From contig OZ245838.1 of the NCBI GenBank assembly GCA_965228735.1, positions 3,488,001 through 3,552,000 of the forward strand: DNA of 64,000 bases, in the 5' to 3' direction. The notes beneath the pieces were generated by a model that was not told where the DNA came from, did no database searches, and worked only from the letters and a program-made list of their open reading frames with translations. The DNA is from Planctomycetota bacterium (GTDB taxonomy: Bacteria; Planctomycetota; UBA1135; UBA2386). A program made the translations under genes and the position numbers. Every line of letters starts with the position of its first letter. Positions within the stretch are counted from its first letter, which is position 1. Shown here piece by piece: positions 38,355-48,503 of this stretch.

Positions 38355-39053
38355 TCACCGAGCCGCGGGCAGCTCGACGCGGCCGCGTCGCAGCCACCGC
38401 CGCACGCGCAGCAGCTCCGCGTGATCCGGCCGGTGCACGTGGATCGGCAGGCGCACGACCTCGGGATCGTCGCGTCGGAACGGCGGCGACGGGTCCGCCG
38501 CGGCGAGATCAGTGAACACCCGCACGGGCACGGACACGAAGATCCGCTCAGGCGCGCCGAGATCGTTCCAGTACTCCGTCAACCGCGCGTTCGTCTCGCT
38601 GAGCAGGCTGCGCCAGTTCTGCAGCCGCAGCCGCGAGCCGTATCGCGACTTGCCCCTGGTCTTCAGATGCGTCGGCTGCGCCCGTCCCTTGCCGCGCACG
38701 ACGTACTTGCGGATCGCCTTGTGACGCAGCAGCTCGTCCCCGTCCCAGTAGCCGATCGCGACGCCGGCGGCGCGCACGAGCACGATGGCGTGGCGCGAGA
38801 CCGCGAGGACCGGGTCGCCACCGGGCAGCGCAGCGAGCCGGCGACGATACTGCGTGAGGGTCTCGCCGGCCGCGACCGGCGGTCCCAGCAGTGGAGGCAC
38901 GAGTCGGGCGCCTTCGCCGCTGCTGCCCGTCGCCTCGCCGAAGAACGTCGACCGATCGTCGGCGACGGCGGTCGGCCAGCGCTCGCCGAACGCTTCGAGC
39001 TGTTCGTCGAGGTCCGCGAGGTCGAACTCGATGCGGCGCGGCCCGGACTCCAT
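38355..39053 (-). CDS. VLRF1/Vms1-like release-factor-fold protein (bVLRF1-like, putative peptidyl-tRNA hydrolase)
   Basis: VLVRAAG.AIG, HKAIRKYVVRGKGRAQ, K.RGKSRYGSRLRLQN, PF..DDP...LP.HV.RP. Confidence 0.75.
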   Translation of the reverse strand: MESGPRRIEFDLADLDEQLEAFGERWPTAVADDRSTFFGEATGSSGEGARLVPPLLGPPVAAGETLTQYRRRLAALPGGDPVLAVSRHAIVLVRAAGVAIGYWDGDELLRHKAIRKYVVRGKGRAQPTHLKTRGKSRYGSRLRLQNWRSLLSETNARLTEYWNDLGAPERIFVSVPVRVFTDLAAADPSPPFRRDDPEVVRLPIHVHRPDHAELLRVRRWLRRGRVELPAAR

Positions 39054-39070
39054 CGCGATCGGATCCGCGC

Positions 39071-40015
39071 TCAGCGCACGATCGCGCGGTCCTTGCCGGC
39101 AGCGTGCAACGGCAACGCGTCGTCGCCGGTGAGTCGGAGCCGTTCGTTGATCGCATGCAGGTGATGGTCGAGGCCGATCTCCGCGCCCGGCACGAAGCCC
39201 GGCACCGTGATGACCTGCGCGAGCACGCCGCCGAGTCCGCGATGCGCGGTGCCGCGCGGCAGGTAGACGAGGTCGCCGACCCGAAGCTCGGTCGACTGCA
39301 GCAGCCCGTCGACTTCGCCGCGCGTCACCGAGTCGGGCTCGACGATGCGCGCGGTCTGGCTGCTCGTCAGGATGCGCGCGCCGGGCCGGACCGCCTGCAC
39401 GAGGTAGAACTCGTCGAAGCCGCCCTCGAGCGGATGATAGTGCGTGAACGAATCGTCGATCCGCACGCGGTGGACGTTGAGGCCGTCGAACGTGTACGGG
39501 CCGTTCTTGTCGAGCCAGGTGAGCAGCACGCGGCGGTAGGCGCCCTCGTCCGTCGCGCAACCGCCCGGCGTGTCGGTGATCTGCGGATCCCAGTCGGGCC
39601 GGATCACGCGCGGCACGCTCGCGGCCGGCGGCTCGGGCAGGCGGAACTCGAGCAGCCCAACGGTCGCGTCGAACGCCATGGACTCGAGCGGACCGAGCCA
39701 CAGCACGTCGCCGACGGTGACATCACTCGTGCGTTCGTCGCCGTAGCGCACGATCGCTGCCCCGGCCTGCACGAGCAACACGCGCGCTCGCGGCAACGGC
39801 GCCAGTCGGGTCGTCCGGCGATAGGACAACGCGTGGCCGGGATTGCGGCGCTCGAACTCGTGCTGGATCGCCCGGAACTCCGACGTCGTCGGGTCGCTGA
39901 CGTTGGCCCGCACTGCACCGTTCCTTCCCGTCTCCGAGGCAGTCTCCGGCGACGCCGCGCACGCACCCAGCATCGCCGCGGCGCCGAGAATCGTCGTGAG
40001 CATCGCGGTTCGCAC
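39071..40015 (-). CDS. Lipoprotein with cupin-like domains
   Basis: Lipobox LGAC; HYH...DEFY...GD.VYLPRG.AHRG metal-binding cupin pattern; TATTCT 6 nt before GTG. Confidence 0.7.
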   Translation of the reverse strand: MRTAMLTTILGAAAMLGACAASPETASETGRNGAVRANVSDPTTSEFRAIQHEFERRNPGHALSYRRTTRLAPLPRARVLLVQAGAAIVRYGDERTSDVTVGDVLWLGPLESMAFDATVGLLEFRLPEPPAASVPRVIRPDWDPQITDTPGGCATDEGAYRRVLLTWLDKNGPYTFDGLNVHRVRIDDSFTHYHPLEGGFDEFYLVQAVRPGARILTSSQTARIVEPDSVTRGEVDGLLQSTELRVGDLVYLPRGTAHRGLGGVLAQVITVPGFVPGAEIGLDHHLHAINERLRLTGDDALPLHAAGKDRAIVR

Positions 40016-40061
40016 GGCCCCAGAATAGCCAACGGCGAAACGAGAGCTATCATCCGGCGCC

Positions 40062-41447
40062 ATGGACTCGAGCACTTCGCCATGGCGCGTCGCCGTCATC
40101 GGATCGGGGCCGTCGGCCTTCTACACGGCCGAGGCGCTGTTCAAGACGGCGGGAGTCGCCGCGCGCGTCGACATGTTCGACCGGCTGCCGGTGCCGTTCG
40201 GCCTCGTGCGCGGCGGCGTGGCGCCGGACCACCAGAAGATCAAGAGCGTCACCCGCATCTACGACAAGATCGCGGGCAACGACGGTTTCCGCTTCTTCGG
40301 CAACGTCAAGCTCGGGCGCGACGTCCAGGTCGACGACCTCGAACGGCACTACGACCAGGTGGTCTACGCGTTCGGTTGTGAGAGCGACAACAAGCTCGGC
40401 GCGCCCGGCGAGGAGCTCGCGGGCGTGCACTCGGCGACGGAGTTCGTCGGCTGGTACAACGGTCACCCCGACCACCGGCATCGCACGTTCGATCTGAAGA
40501 ACGCGAGGCGCGTCGCGCTCGTCGGCAACGGCAACGTCGCGATGGACGTGGCGCGCGTGCTGCTGCAGTCGCCCGACCGACTCGCGACGACGGACATCGC
40601 CGACTACGCCCTGGCAGTGCTGCGCGAGAGCTCGGTCACCGAGGTCGTGCTGCTCGGCCGCCGCGGTCCGGCGCAGGCCGCGTTCAGCCCGAAGGAGATC
40701 GAGGAGATCCACCACCTCGACGACGTCGACGTCGTGCTGCAGAAGGACGAGGCCGAGCTCGACGAGCTGAGCCAGAAGTGGCTCGCGGAATCGGCCGCGC
40801 GCAGCGCGCAGCGCAACGTCAAGTTCCTGACCGAACGCGCCGAGCACGGCGAGGGCTCGGCGCCCAACAAGCTGCGCTGCCGCTTCCTCGTGAGCCCGAC
40901 CGAGATCCTCGGCGACGGCAAGGTCAGCGCGGTGCGCGTGCAGAACATGGAGCTGAAGGCCGACGACAACGGTACGCCGCGGCCCAAGCCCAAGGGCACG
41001 TTCGAGGACGTCGAATGCGATCTGCTCTTCAAGGCGATCGGCTACCGCGGCGAGCCCGTGCCCGGCGTGCCGTTCGACGACCGCTGGGGCATCGTCCCCA
41101 ACAGGGACGGCCGCGTGCTCGTGACCCCGGACGGCGAACCCAAGGCCGGGCACTACGTCGCGGGCTGGTGCAAGCGCGGCCCGACCGGGCTCATCGGCAC
41201 GAACAGCCCCGATGCGAAGGCCACGGTCGAAGCGATGAAGGCCGACCGCGACACCGGCAGAGTGCTGCGTCCCGACAGCGACGACATCGCGGCACTGCTC
41301 ACCGAGCGCGGCATCGACGCGGTGAGCTGGGCCGACTGGCAACGCCTCGACGCCTGGGAGATCGAAGAGGGCAAGAAGCGCGACAAGCTGCGCCACAAGC
41401 TCTCCGACATCGACGAGATGATGCGCGTCATTCGCGAGCTGCGTTGA
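40062..41447 (+). CDS. Ferredoxin--NADP+ reductase (adrenodoxin reductase/FprA type)
   Basis: IGSGPS.FY, PFGLVR.GVAPDH, FVGWYNGHPD, GNGNVAMDVAR, GRRGP, GW.KRGPTGLIG. Confidence 0.93.
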   Translation: MDSSTSPWRVAVIGSGPSAFYTAEALFKTAGVAARVDMFDRLPVPFGLVRGGVAPDHQKIKSVTRIYDKIAGNDGFRFFGNVKLGRDVQVDDLERHYDQVVYAFGCESDNKLGAPGEELAGVHSATEFVGWYNGHPDHRHRTFDLKNARRVALVGNGNVAMDVARVLLQSPDRLATTDIADYALAVLRESSVTEVVLLGRRGPAQAAFSPKEIEEIHHLDDVDVVLQKDEAELDELSQKWLAESAARSAQRNVKFLTERAEHGEGSAPNKLRCRFLVSPTEILGDGKVSAVRVQNMELKADDNGTPRPKPKGTFEDVECDLLFKAIGYRGEPVPGVPFDDRWGIVPNRDGRVLVTPDGEPKAGHYVAGWCKRGPTGLIGTNSPDAKATVEAMKADRDTGRVLRPDSDDIAALLTERGIDAVSWADWQRLDAWEIEEGKKRDKLRHKLSDIDEMMRVIRELR

Positions 41448-41496
41448 GGGTCGCGAAGCAACCGGGCAGCTCGAAGCGGTCGAGACCACCGCAGCC

Positions 41497-41619
41497 ATCG
41501 GCCTTGGCGCCGCCGGGGATTGGTTCACGGGGCCGCGAATCGAGGATGCGTTCGCGAGTGGCACTGCGCTCGCCGACCGGCTCCTCGCGCATCCGGCGCT
41601 GGAACGGACCCGGCGCTGA
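41497..41619 (+). pseudogene. Remnant C-terminus of a renalase-like FAD-dependent oxidoreductase
   Basis: Start-less frame reads IGLGAAGDWFTGPRIEDAFASGTALADRLL...stop, matching the GDW..G.RVE.A..SG motif. Confidence 0.6.
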
Positions 41620-41877
41620 ACCCGTGATGTCCGTTCACCGGGAATCTGCCGGCGTCAGCTGGTTCCCGCGCAACTCGAGGTCGCGCCCTTCGCAAGCGAT
41701 CCTGATCGTCGGCATCGCGTAGTGCCATATCGATCGACCCGGCCGGCCCGTGCACTTGGACGAGGATGAACCGGCGGGCCCGGGACGCGGAACCTCATCG
41801 TGCCGGTCTCGACGCCAGGGCAACGGAGTCGACACGAAATCCACGTGCGCTCCTCTCGCCGCGGCACTCTTGCGGAC

Positions 41878-42237
41878 ATGAACGGCACGCGCCACCCCTC
41901 CCTTCGCCGCCTGCCCGATCCGGTCGCGTCGCCCGCAGACGTCGACGACCTGATCGCGGCGACCGCAGCGGTGGTCGAGACGGCCCTCGAGCGTGGCCGG
42001 CTGCCGGTCACGGTAGACGGGGCAGCCGAACTGCTCGGCCGCGTGCTGCGGGCTCGACTCGACGCAGCTGCCGGGCCGGCAAGCACCGCGGCCGCGGCGG
42101 ACACCCAGGCGCGGCTCGCGGCCGCGGAACAGGCGCTCCGCGCGGTGCTGGATCGCTGGAACAACCGCCGCTCGCACGCGCTCGAGTGGGCCATCATCGT
42201 GCTGATCGCGGTCGACATCGTGATCGCCGCGCTCTGA
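41878..42237 (+). CDS. Small protein ending in an RMD1/DUF155-like C-terminal TM helix
   Basis: RRSHALEWAIIVLIAVDIV at C-terminus; much shorter than full RMD1 proteins. Confidence 0.5.
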   Translation: MNGTRHPSLRRLPDPVASPADVDDLIAATAAVVETALERGRLPVTVDGAAELLGRVLRARLDAAAGPASTAAAADTQARLAAAEQALRAVLDRWNNRRSHALEWAIIVLIAVDIVIAAL

Positions 42238-42283
42238 GCGGACGGGGCTCACCCTGCGGATCGCAGGGTATCGGGCGCCGCGG

Positions 42284-42703
42284 TCACCAGTGCCCGGTGT
42301 TGCCCATCGACGCCCAGGGTTCGGTCGGCGGCAGCGGCTCGCCGCGCTGCAGCAGCTCGATCGAGATGTTGTCGGGGGATCGCACGAAGGCCATGTGACC
42401 GTCGCGCGGCGGGCGGTTGATCGTCACGCCGGCGTCCATCAGGCGCTGGCACGTCGCGTAGATGTCGTCGACGAGGTAGGCCAGATGGCCGAAGTTGCGG
42501 CCCTCGCCGTAGTCCTCCGGATCCCAGTTGTAGGTCAGCTCGACCTGAGCATCCTCGTCGCCCGGCGCGGCGAGGAACACCAGCGTGAAGCGGCCCTTCT
42601 CGCTCTCCTTGCGCCGCAGCTCTTCGAGGCCGAGGTGCTTGCAGTAGAACTCGAGGGACTGGTCGAGGTCGGTGACGCGAACCATCGTGTGCAGATACTT
42701 CAT
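42284..42703 (-). CDS. gloA: Lactoylglutathione lyase (glyoxalase I)
   Basis: [39 protein letters not shown]. Confidence 0.92.
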   Translation of the reverse strand: MKYLHTMVRVTDLDQSLEFYCKHLGLEELRRKESEKGRFTLVFLAAPGDEDAQVELTYNWDPEDYGEGRNFGHLAYLVDDIYATCQRLMDAGVTINRPPRDGHMAFVRSPDNISIELLQRGEPLPPTEPWASMGNTGHW

Positions 42704-42859
42704 CTTCAGGCGTTCCCGCGGGGTGGAGGCGGTTGTGCTCGTCGTGCGGCTGCCGCACGTCGTGCGGCGACGATCCGCGCCGAGGGTGCGCCCGTCAAGC
42801 GAGCGCGGGCAAAGGCGATTCGGCGGCGCTTCTGCTCGAACGCAGGACGAACCGTCGCC

Positions 42860-43294
42860 TCATTCAGGTGCGGAGAAATGCCGCGCGACGAGGTCCTCGA
42901 CGTTCTCGCGGCGGAGGGGCTTGGTGACGAACCCACGCACGAGTGGGTTGGCTTCCGCGCGGGCGCGATCTTCCGGCGCGATCGAGCTGGTCAGCATGAT
43001 GATGACGACGGACCCGGTGATCTCGTCGGGCAGCTCAGCGAACCGCTCGAGAAAGGCCCAGGCGTCCACACCAGGCATGTTGATGTCGAGCAGGATCAAA
43101 TCGGGCGGGAAGGCATCTCCGTGCTTCTGCATTCCGCCCTCGCGGTCCGCGAGGAAGCGCAACGCTTCCGCACCGCCCGAACAGACGAAGAGTTGCTTCT
43201 CATCGCCGACGACCCCCACCCGCTGCAGAATTCGCGCATGCAGATAGTTGTCGTCCGGGCTGTCATCGACGAGCAGGACTCCGTTGACGGTCAT
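42860..43294 (-). CDS. Single-domain response regulator
   Basis: LLVDD, ILLDINMP, MLTSS, FVTKPL. Confidence 0.92.
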   Translation of the reverse strand: MTVNGVLLVDDSPDDNYLHARILQRVGVVGDEKQLFVCSGGAEALRFLADREGGMQKHGDAFPPDLILLDINMPGVDAWAFLERFAELPDEITGSVVIIMLTSSIAPEDRARAEANPLVRGFVTKPLRRENVEDLVARHFSAPE

Positions 43295-45071
43295 GTACTA
43301 CTTCTATCGGCTGAGGCAGCTCGACGCGAAAACAACTGCCTTCACCAACCCGGCTGTCGACGGTCACACGCCCCCCCATCCGCTCGACGTGTTTTCGAAC
43401 CAGGTAGAGACCGAGGCCGCTGCCGTCCACCGAAGTGCCGCCCACGCGGACGAACATCTCGAACACACGGCTCTGATACTCGACATCGATGCCGATGCCG
43501 TTGTCTCGCACCTCGATGATCTGCGTGCCGTCATCGTCCAAACGCGCGTGCACTTCGACTCGCGGATCGGCGCGGCCCCCAGAGTACTTGATCGCGTTCG
43601 AAACCAGGTTCTCGATGCACTGCTCGAGGCGAGCCCGACAAGCGACGACTGCCACGTCGGGATCCGGTTTGACGAGCTCGGCACCGCTGGACCGCAGCAT
43701 CCAGTCGAGATTCTCACGGATGTCGTCAACTAGCGAGCCAACGCTGACGTGGGTCAACTCATCCTCGAGGTGATCGGCGCGATGCAGTTGATGCATCTTC
43801 TCGACGACCTCGGCAAGGCGCAGAGCCTGCGCGTCGACTCGCTCGGCATACGCCTCGATCCTGCCGTACTCGTTCTCGAGCACGTCCTCCTTGATCTCGT
43901 GCGCGAACCCTCGAATCGTCCGCAGCGGCGCGACGAGGTCATGCGATGTCCGGTAGCTGAAGTGCGTGAGTTCCTCGTTCGCCGTCCGCAGCCGCGCCTC
44001 GCTCGCCCTGACTTCGGAGGTCATCCTGTCCGCGAGGGCCAACGCCCGACGTGACGATCGGGTCAGCCCGACGAAGAGGGTCAGGAGCAGGAGGTCGACG
44101 AGAATGCCCCCGAGCAGAATCGTCAGCGGCTGAGCGCTCTGGGCCGCCGCATGGAACGCAGCGTCACTTTGAATCTCGAACCGCCACGCTCGACCGAAGA
44201 GATCGACCTGGAGCGTGTCACGGTACTGCGGATCTTCGTGCAGACCTCGGTCCGCGAACAACAGCTCATCCCCATCGAAGAGTCGCAACGTGACATCGCG
44301 ATTGCTGCGCTCGAGCACACCATCCATGAGCTTCTTGACGATGAAGGGCGCGTAGATGATCCCGGCGAAGTTGGCCTCGCGCTCGGCCTCGGTTGTGCTC
44401 GCTCCCCTGTACCACGGCTCGAAGAACAGGAATCCCGGCGTCTTCTCCTCGTCCTGCACGAGCACGATCGGCCCGGTGATCTGTGGCTTGCCCGTCGCTC
44501 GCGCCAACCTGGCGGCTGAGTAGCGATTCGTCTCGAAAGCCATGTCGAGGCCGACCGCGGCGCTGTTGGTCTCGACTGGTTCGACATACACGATCGGCAG
44601 CAGCTCCGGCACATCGTGGTGCGGCTTGACGGCGAAGTCGGGCCGCGAGCGACGTTGCTCAGCGAGCCAGGCATCCAGCTCGTCGCGGGCAACGGGCCAT
44701 ATGGCACCGATCCCGTTGATGCCGGGATACTGGCGCTCGATCCCGAGACGCGATGCGTAGCGCCGCCATTCGTCGTGCTGCACGGCCTGCGGCTGGGTGG
44801 CGACATACGCAACGCCAGCCCCGAGCGCGTCGCGGTACTTCTGCATCCGCTCGAGCACCAGATCGACGAGCTGGTCGCGTTCGCGCTCGAAGCGGATCCG
44901 CGCCTTGTCCTCGATCGAACTGGACGACACGTACCAGGCCCCGAACGTCAGCGCCGACGACAGCGCTACGACGGCCCAATGCAACCAGTGCAGGCGGGCC
45001 GATCGCTCCAGGGCCTCGCGGCTCGCCGAGCTAGCGCCCGGCTTCTCGATGTCCTGTGTTCGTATACTCAC
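43263..45071 (-). CDS. CHASE-domain sensor histidine kinase
   Basis: TM, CHASE motifs (YPGI.GIG, PIVYVEP...N..AVGLD, ITGPIVLVQD), TM, SHDLVAPL, HATPase. Confidence 0.92.
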   Translation of the reverse strand: MSIRTQDIEKPGASSASREALERSARLHWLHWAVVALSSALTFGAWYVSSSSIEDKARIRFERERDQLVDLVLERMQKYRDALGAGVAYVATQPQAVQHDEWRRYASRLGIERQYPGINGIGAIWPVARDELDAWLAEQRRSRPDFAVKPHHDVPELLPIVYVEPVETNSAAVGLDMAFETNRYSAARLARATGKPQITGPIVLVQDEEKTPGFLFFEPWYRGASTTEAEREANFAGIIYAPFIVKKLMDGVLERSNRDVTLRLFDGDELLFADRGLHEDPQYRDTLQVDLFGRAWRFEIQSDAAFHAAAQSAQPLTILLGGILVDLLLLTLFVGLTRSSRRALALADRMTSEVRASEARLRTANEELTHFSYRTSHDLVAPLRTIRGFAHEIKEDVLENEYGRIEAYAERVDAQALRLAEVVEKMHQLHRADHLEDELTHVSVGSLVDDIRENLDWMLRSSGAELVKPDPDVAVVACRARLEQCIENLVSNAIKYSGGRADPRVEVHARLDDDGTQIIEVRDNGIGIDVEYQSRVFEMFVRVGGTSVDGSGLGLYLVRKHVERMGGRVTVDSRVGEGSCFRVELPQPIEVVHDRQRSPARR

Positions 45072-45157
45072 GTTCGGGCACGGTGTGCAGTGCCCATCGG
45101 CGGCACGCGACTACATCGGCTTCGACACCGGGTGTCGTCCGAGATACTCCGCTCCCG

Positions 45158-45601
45158 TCAGCCACCGAGAACGCGCTCGATCACCGAGACGAGCCGGTGC
45201 GGACTCACGGGCTTGCTGAGCATTACCTCTGCGCCTTGGCCAATGGCCCGCCGTTCCGCTTCGCTGGAAACCGAAGCCGTGACCACGATCACATGGCAAG
45301 GGATTCCCCGCATTCGGATCTCGTGCAACACCTTGAACCCGTGCATTCCCGGCAGCCCGAGATCGAGCAACACGATGTCGGGCTCGGTGGCTTCGATGGC
45401 GTCGATGCCGGTGGCGCCGTCCGACACCGCCTGCACCTCGTATCCTTGTTCATGAAGGAACAGGGACCAACCCCGCTGGATATCGGCGTCGTCCTCGACG
45501 ATGAGAACGCGCGGGGTGGACGATGCACGCCACGGCAGGACCGAATCGACGAGCAGATCGTTGACTTCGACGTCGTTGGCGATGGAAGGAATAGCGGTCA
45601 T
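45158..45601 (-). CDS. Single-domain response regulator
   Basis: LIVEDD, LLDLGLP, VVTA, LSKP; AGGAG upstream. Confidence 0.88.
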   Translation of the reverse strand: MTAIPSIANDVEVNDLLVDSVLPWRASSTPRVLIVEDDADIQRGWSLFLHEQGYEVQAVSDGATGIDAIEATEPDIVLLDLGLPGMHGFKVLHEIRMRGIPCHVIVVTASVSSEAERRAIGQGAEVMLSKPVSPHRLVSVIERVLGG

Positions 45602-45713
45602 CACGTTTCTCTCCTGGGTGCGAGTAGCCGACCGATTCCTTTCACCAGCGACTTCGACCCCCATGAGACAGTTCTGAAGCTCCCGCCTGGAGCAGGTCTC
45701 GTTCCGAGCCGGC

Positions 45714-46127
45714 TCAGCCCAGCAGGTTGTCTACAGCCCGAGCAAGATCTTCGCGCGAGATCGGCTTCTCGAGATAGAGATCCGCGCCGGACTCCAGCGC
45801 AGCACTCTCGAACACACACTCGTCCCAAGCGCTCAGCACGACGATTCGAGCTCGGTGAGCCGATACGCGAAGCCGCCGCAAGACTTCGAGCCCACCGAGA
45901 TTCGGCAGCCCCAGGTCGAGGATGATCAGATCCGGCATCAGCTCGGCAGCATCGGCGACTACCTGGCTGCCATCGCCTTGGTGGTGGACCTCATGCCCCA
46001 TGGCTGCGAGGCAGACCTCGATTCCACGCGCAGTATCGCCATCGTCTTCGACGACGAGAATTCGGGCGGTGGTTGCCGTGCCGTGCTTCCACACATGCCG
46101 ACTCCGACAATCCTCGAGCGCTTTCAC
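45714..46127 (-). CDS. Single-domain response regulator
   Basis: LVVEDD, ILDLGLP, VLSA, YLEKP. Confidence 0.88.
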   Translation of the reverse strand: MKALEDCRSRHVWKHGTATTARILVVEDDGDTARGIEVCLAAMGHEVHHQGDGSQVVADAAELMPDLIILDLGLPNLGGLEVLRRLRVSAHRARIVVLSAWDECVFESAALESGADLYLEKPISREDLARAVDNLLG

Positions 46128-46864
46128 AAGGCGGACCTCACGGCAGTCAACAACTGCACTTCGTCGGCCGGCTTCTCGAGGTAGGAAGTGGCCCCTGCCT
46201 CGACCGCGGGCCCCACCGCTTCGCTGGCGTCACGACCGCTGAGCACTACGACCGGCAACTGTTCCATCCCCTCGATCGCGCGCAGCCGCGTGAGCACGGA
46301 GATTCCGTCACCGCAAGGCAGTCCGAGATCCAACAAGACGAGATCCGGTTTGTGCTTGCGGGCCGCCATCAAGGCCGATGCGCCGTCTCCCGCCAGCGCG
46401 ACCACGTAGTCTTCCGAACGCAACCGAACCGCGAGCGCAGCCCGCGTGTCCGCGTCGTCGTCGACCACGAGAATACGCTTCCGGGGAGCGGCGTCCGAAG
46501 TCAGTCCCGCCCGAATCGCATCGATGAGCTCGCCTGCGTCAGCGGGCTTTCGCAGTACCGCGCGCGCACCGAGCGCGAGAGCGCGGCTGTCGACCTCGTC
46601 GCCATCTCGCCCCGTAACTACGTAGGTCGGAGTCTCCGAGAGCTCAGCGATGTCCTGCAGACGCTCGAGAAAGACCAGCCCATCGCCGCCAGGAAGCCCC
46701 AGGTCCAGCACGATCGCATCGGGCTGCTCGCGACGAGCTGCGATCAGGCCCGAGATGCTGTCTTCGGCAGCGATGACCTCGAACTCTCGGCCAAGCAGAA
46801 CGACCAGCCCCTGCCGGACATCGGCGTCGTCCTCGACGACCAGCACCTTCTTCACTTCGCTCAT
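46124..46864 (-). CDS. Tandem receiver-receiver response regulator
   Basis: Two complete REC domains (VEDD/DLGLP/KP and VDDD/DLGLP/KP). Confidence 0.9.
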   Translation of the reverse strand: MSEVKKVLVVEDDADVRQGLVVLLGREFEVIAAEDSISGLIAARREQPDAIVLDLGLPGGDGLVFLERLQDIAELSETPTYVVTGRDGDEVDSRALALGARAVLRKPADAGELIDAIRAGLTSDAAPRKRILVVDDDADTRAALAVRLRSEDYVVALAGDGASALMAARKHKPDLVLLDLGLPCGDGISVLTRLRAIEGMEQLPVVVLSGRDASEAVGPAVEAGATSYLEKPADEVQLLTAVRSAL

Positions 46865-48444
46865 CGAACCACTCCTCCTTCGATCTCGGACAACTCCGCG
46901 TTGATCTCACGCGCAGTCCGTATCAGGGCCTCATCGATCCCGAGTTGTGCAGGATTCTCGATCGCGAACCAACGGCAACGAACTGTCGCCTCGAACCCGG
47001 CCCTCCCGAGCCGCGGATCGCGGTCGAACTCGGCTCGAACCCGGTTGGCGATGGCCGCAATGCCGGGCTCCGCGGTGCGCGCTACTCCGCTCGCGGTGAC
47101 CGTGGACGCGACATCGGTCAGCGGCAGAACCACATCGCTGAGGCCGAGCATGCATCGTTCGAGCAACTGAACTGCCGGTGCCCCAGCAGCGTCGACCCCC
47201 TTGGCATGGGCGGCACTCGTGACTGGCCGAACCGAGAGAGTGACCAGCCCGACGCCCGACTCGCAAGCACCGTCGACGACGGCCACGCGACGAACGAACG
47301 ACTCGAGAGACCAGGTCGGCAGCGCGAACAGGAAGCGGCTGCCTTGGCCCGCTGCGCTCTCGGCCCAGATTCGCCCGTTGTGCATCGCGACGATCTCTTG
47401 GCAGATATGCAGCCCGAGTCCCAAGCCGTTCCGGCTCGTATCCGCCCTGTGCTCGGCCTGGTACAGCCGCTCGAACACCTGACCGATGTCCTCGGCGGCG
47501 ATTCCGCACCCCGTGTCCGAAACGGCGACGACCAGTTCGTCTCCCACGGCCCGCGCATCGACAGCGACGGTTCCGTTCTCCGGCGTGAACTTGATCGCGT
47601 TCTCCAGCAGGTTGACCAGGACCTGCTCGATGCGGTGCTCGTCTGCCACCACCCGGGGAAGATCGCGCAAGGCGCCGAGCTCGAGCTGAACTCCCTTCTT
47701 CGCGGCCTGGGCCCGCAGAGAATCAACAGCCCTGCCGACGATCGGCACGATCTTGGTTCGTCGCAGATCGCAGGTGAGCTTGCCGGAGTTCGCACGCGTC
47801 ACGTCCATGAGCGTGCTGATCATGTGCTTGAGCTGCTCGGTGTTGCGGAGCACGATGTCGAGGTACTCCGCCTGCTGCGCGGACACGCCGCCGGCGATAC
47901 CATCGCGCAGAATCGTCACGAACTGCATGATCGCCGTCAGCGGGGTCCGCAGCTCGTGCGAAACATGCGACAGGAGCCGGTCCTTGACTTCGCCCTCCCT
48001 TCGCTGCGCAGCCTCGACCTCTCGGAGCAGGCGATCGCGCTCCGTCGCGAAGCGGATGCTGTCATGCAGACTCTTGGCCGTGAAGTCCCCCTTCACGAGA
48101 TAGTCCTGCGCTCCCAGCCGAACGGCTTCGATGGCGTCGCGCTCGTCCTCGTTGCCCGTGAGAACGATCACCGGCACCTGCTTGGGGCAGGCCATTACCT
48201 TCTCGACGTTCGTGAGCCCTCGACCGTCAGGAAGCCCGAGATCGAGCAGCACGACGTCGAACGCATCTTCGTTCACCGCGGTGATCCCGTCGACGAGGCG
48301 CTGCTCTCTCCGCAGGTGAAACGGTCCGAACCCGCGTTTGCGCAGGTTCGTTTCCACTACCCGCGCATCGGCCAGGTCGTCCTCGATCAGCAGGATCGAT
48401 AACGGACTCGCATTTCTCTGCCGGGTTCTCTGGGCTGTGGGCAA
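46861..48444 (-). CDS. Hybrid REC-histidine kinase with C-terminal degenerate GGDEF-like region
   Basis: N-terminal REC, SHELRTP, NAIKFT, DTG.GI, GLGLGL, then about 140 extra aa. Confidence 0.9.
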   Translation of the reverse strand: MPTAQRTRQRNASPLSILLIEDDLADARVVETNLRKRGFGPFHLRREQRLVDGITAVNEDAFDVVLLDLGLPDGRGLTNVEKVMACPKQVPVIVLTGNEDERDAIEAVRLGAQDYLVKGDFTAKSLHDSIRFATERDRLLREVEAAQRREGEVKDRLLSHVSHELRTPLTAIMQFVTILRDGIAGGVSAQQAEYLDIVLRNTEQLKHMISTLMDVTRANSGKLTCDLRRTKIVPIVGRAVDSLRAQAAKKGVQLELGALRDLPRVVADEHRIEQVLVNLLENAIKFTPENGTVAVDARAVGDELVVAVSDTGCGIAAEDIGQVFERLYQAEHRADTSRNGLGLGLHICQEIVAMHNGRIWAESAAGQGSRFLFALPTWSLESFVRRVAVVDGACESGVGLVTLSVRPVTSAAHAKGVDAAGAPAVQLLERCMLGLSDVVLPLTDVASTVTASGVARTAEPGIAAIANRVRAEFDRDPRLGRAGFEATVRCRWFAIENPAQLGIDEALIRTAREINAELSEIEGGVVR

Positions 48445-48503
48445 GCTGACACCTCTCGATTCGGAAGTCGGGACACCGAGCTCTCCTTCTCGGCGGCAAC
48501 CGG

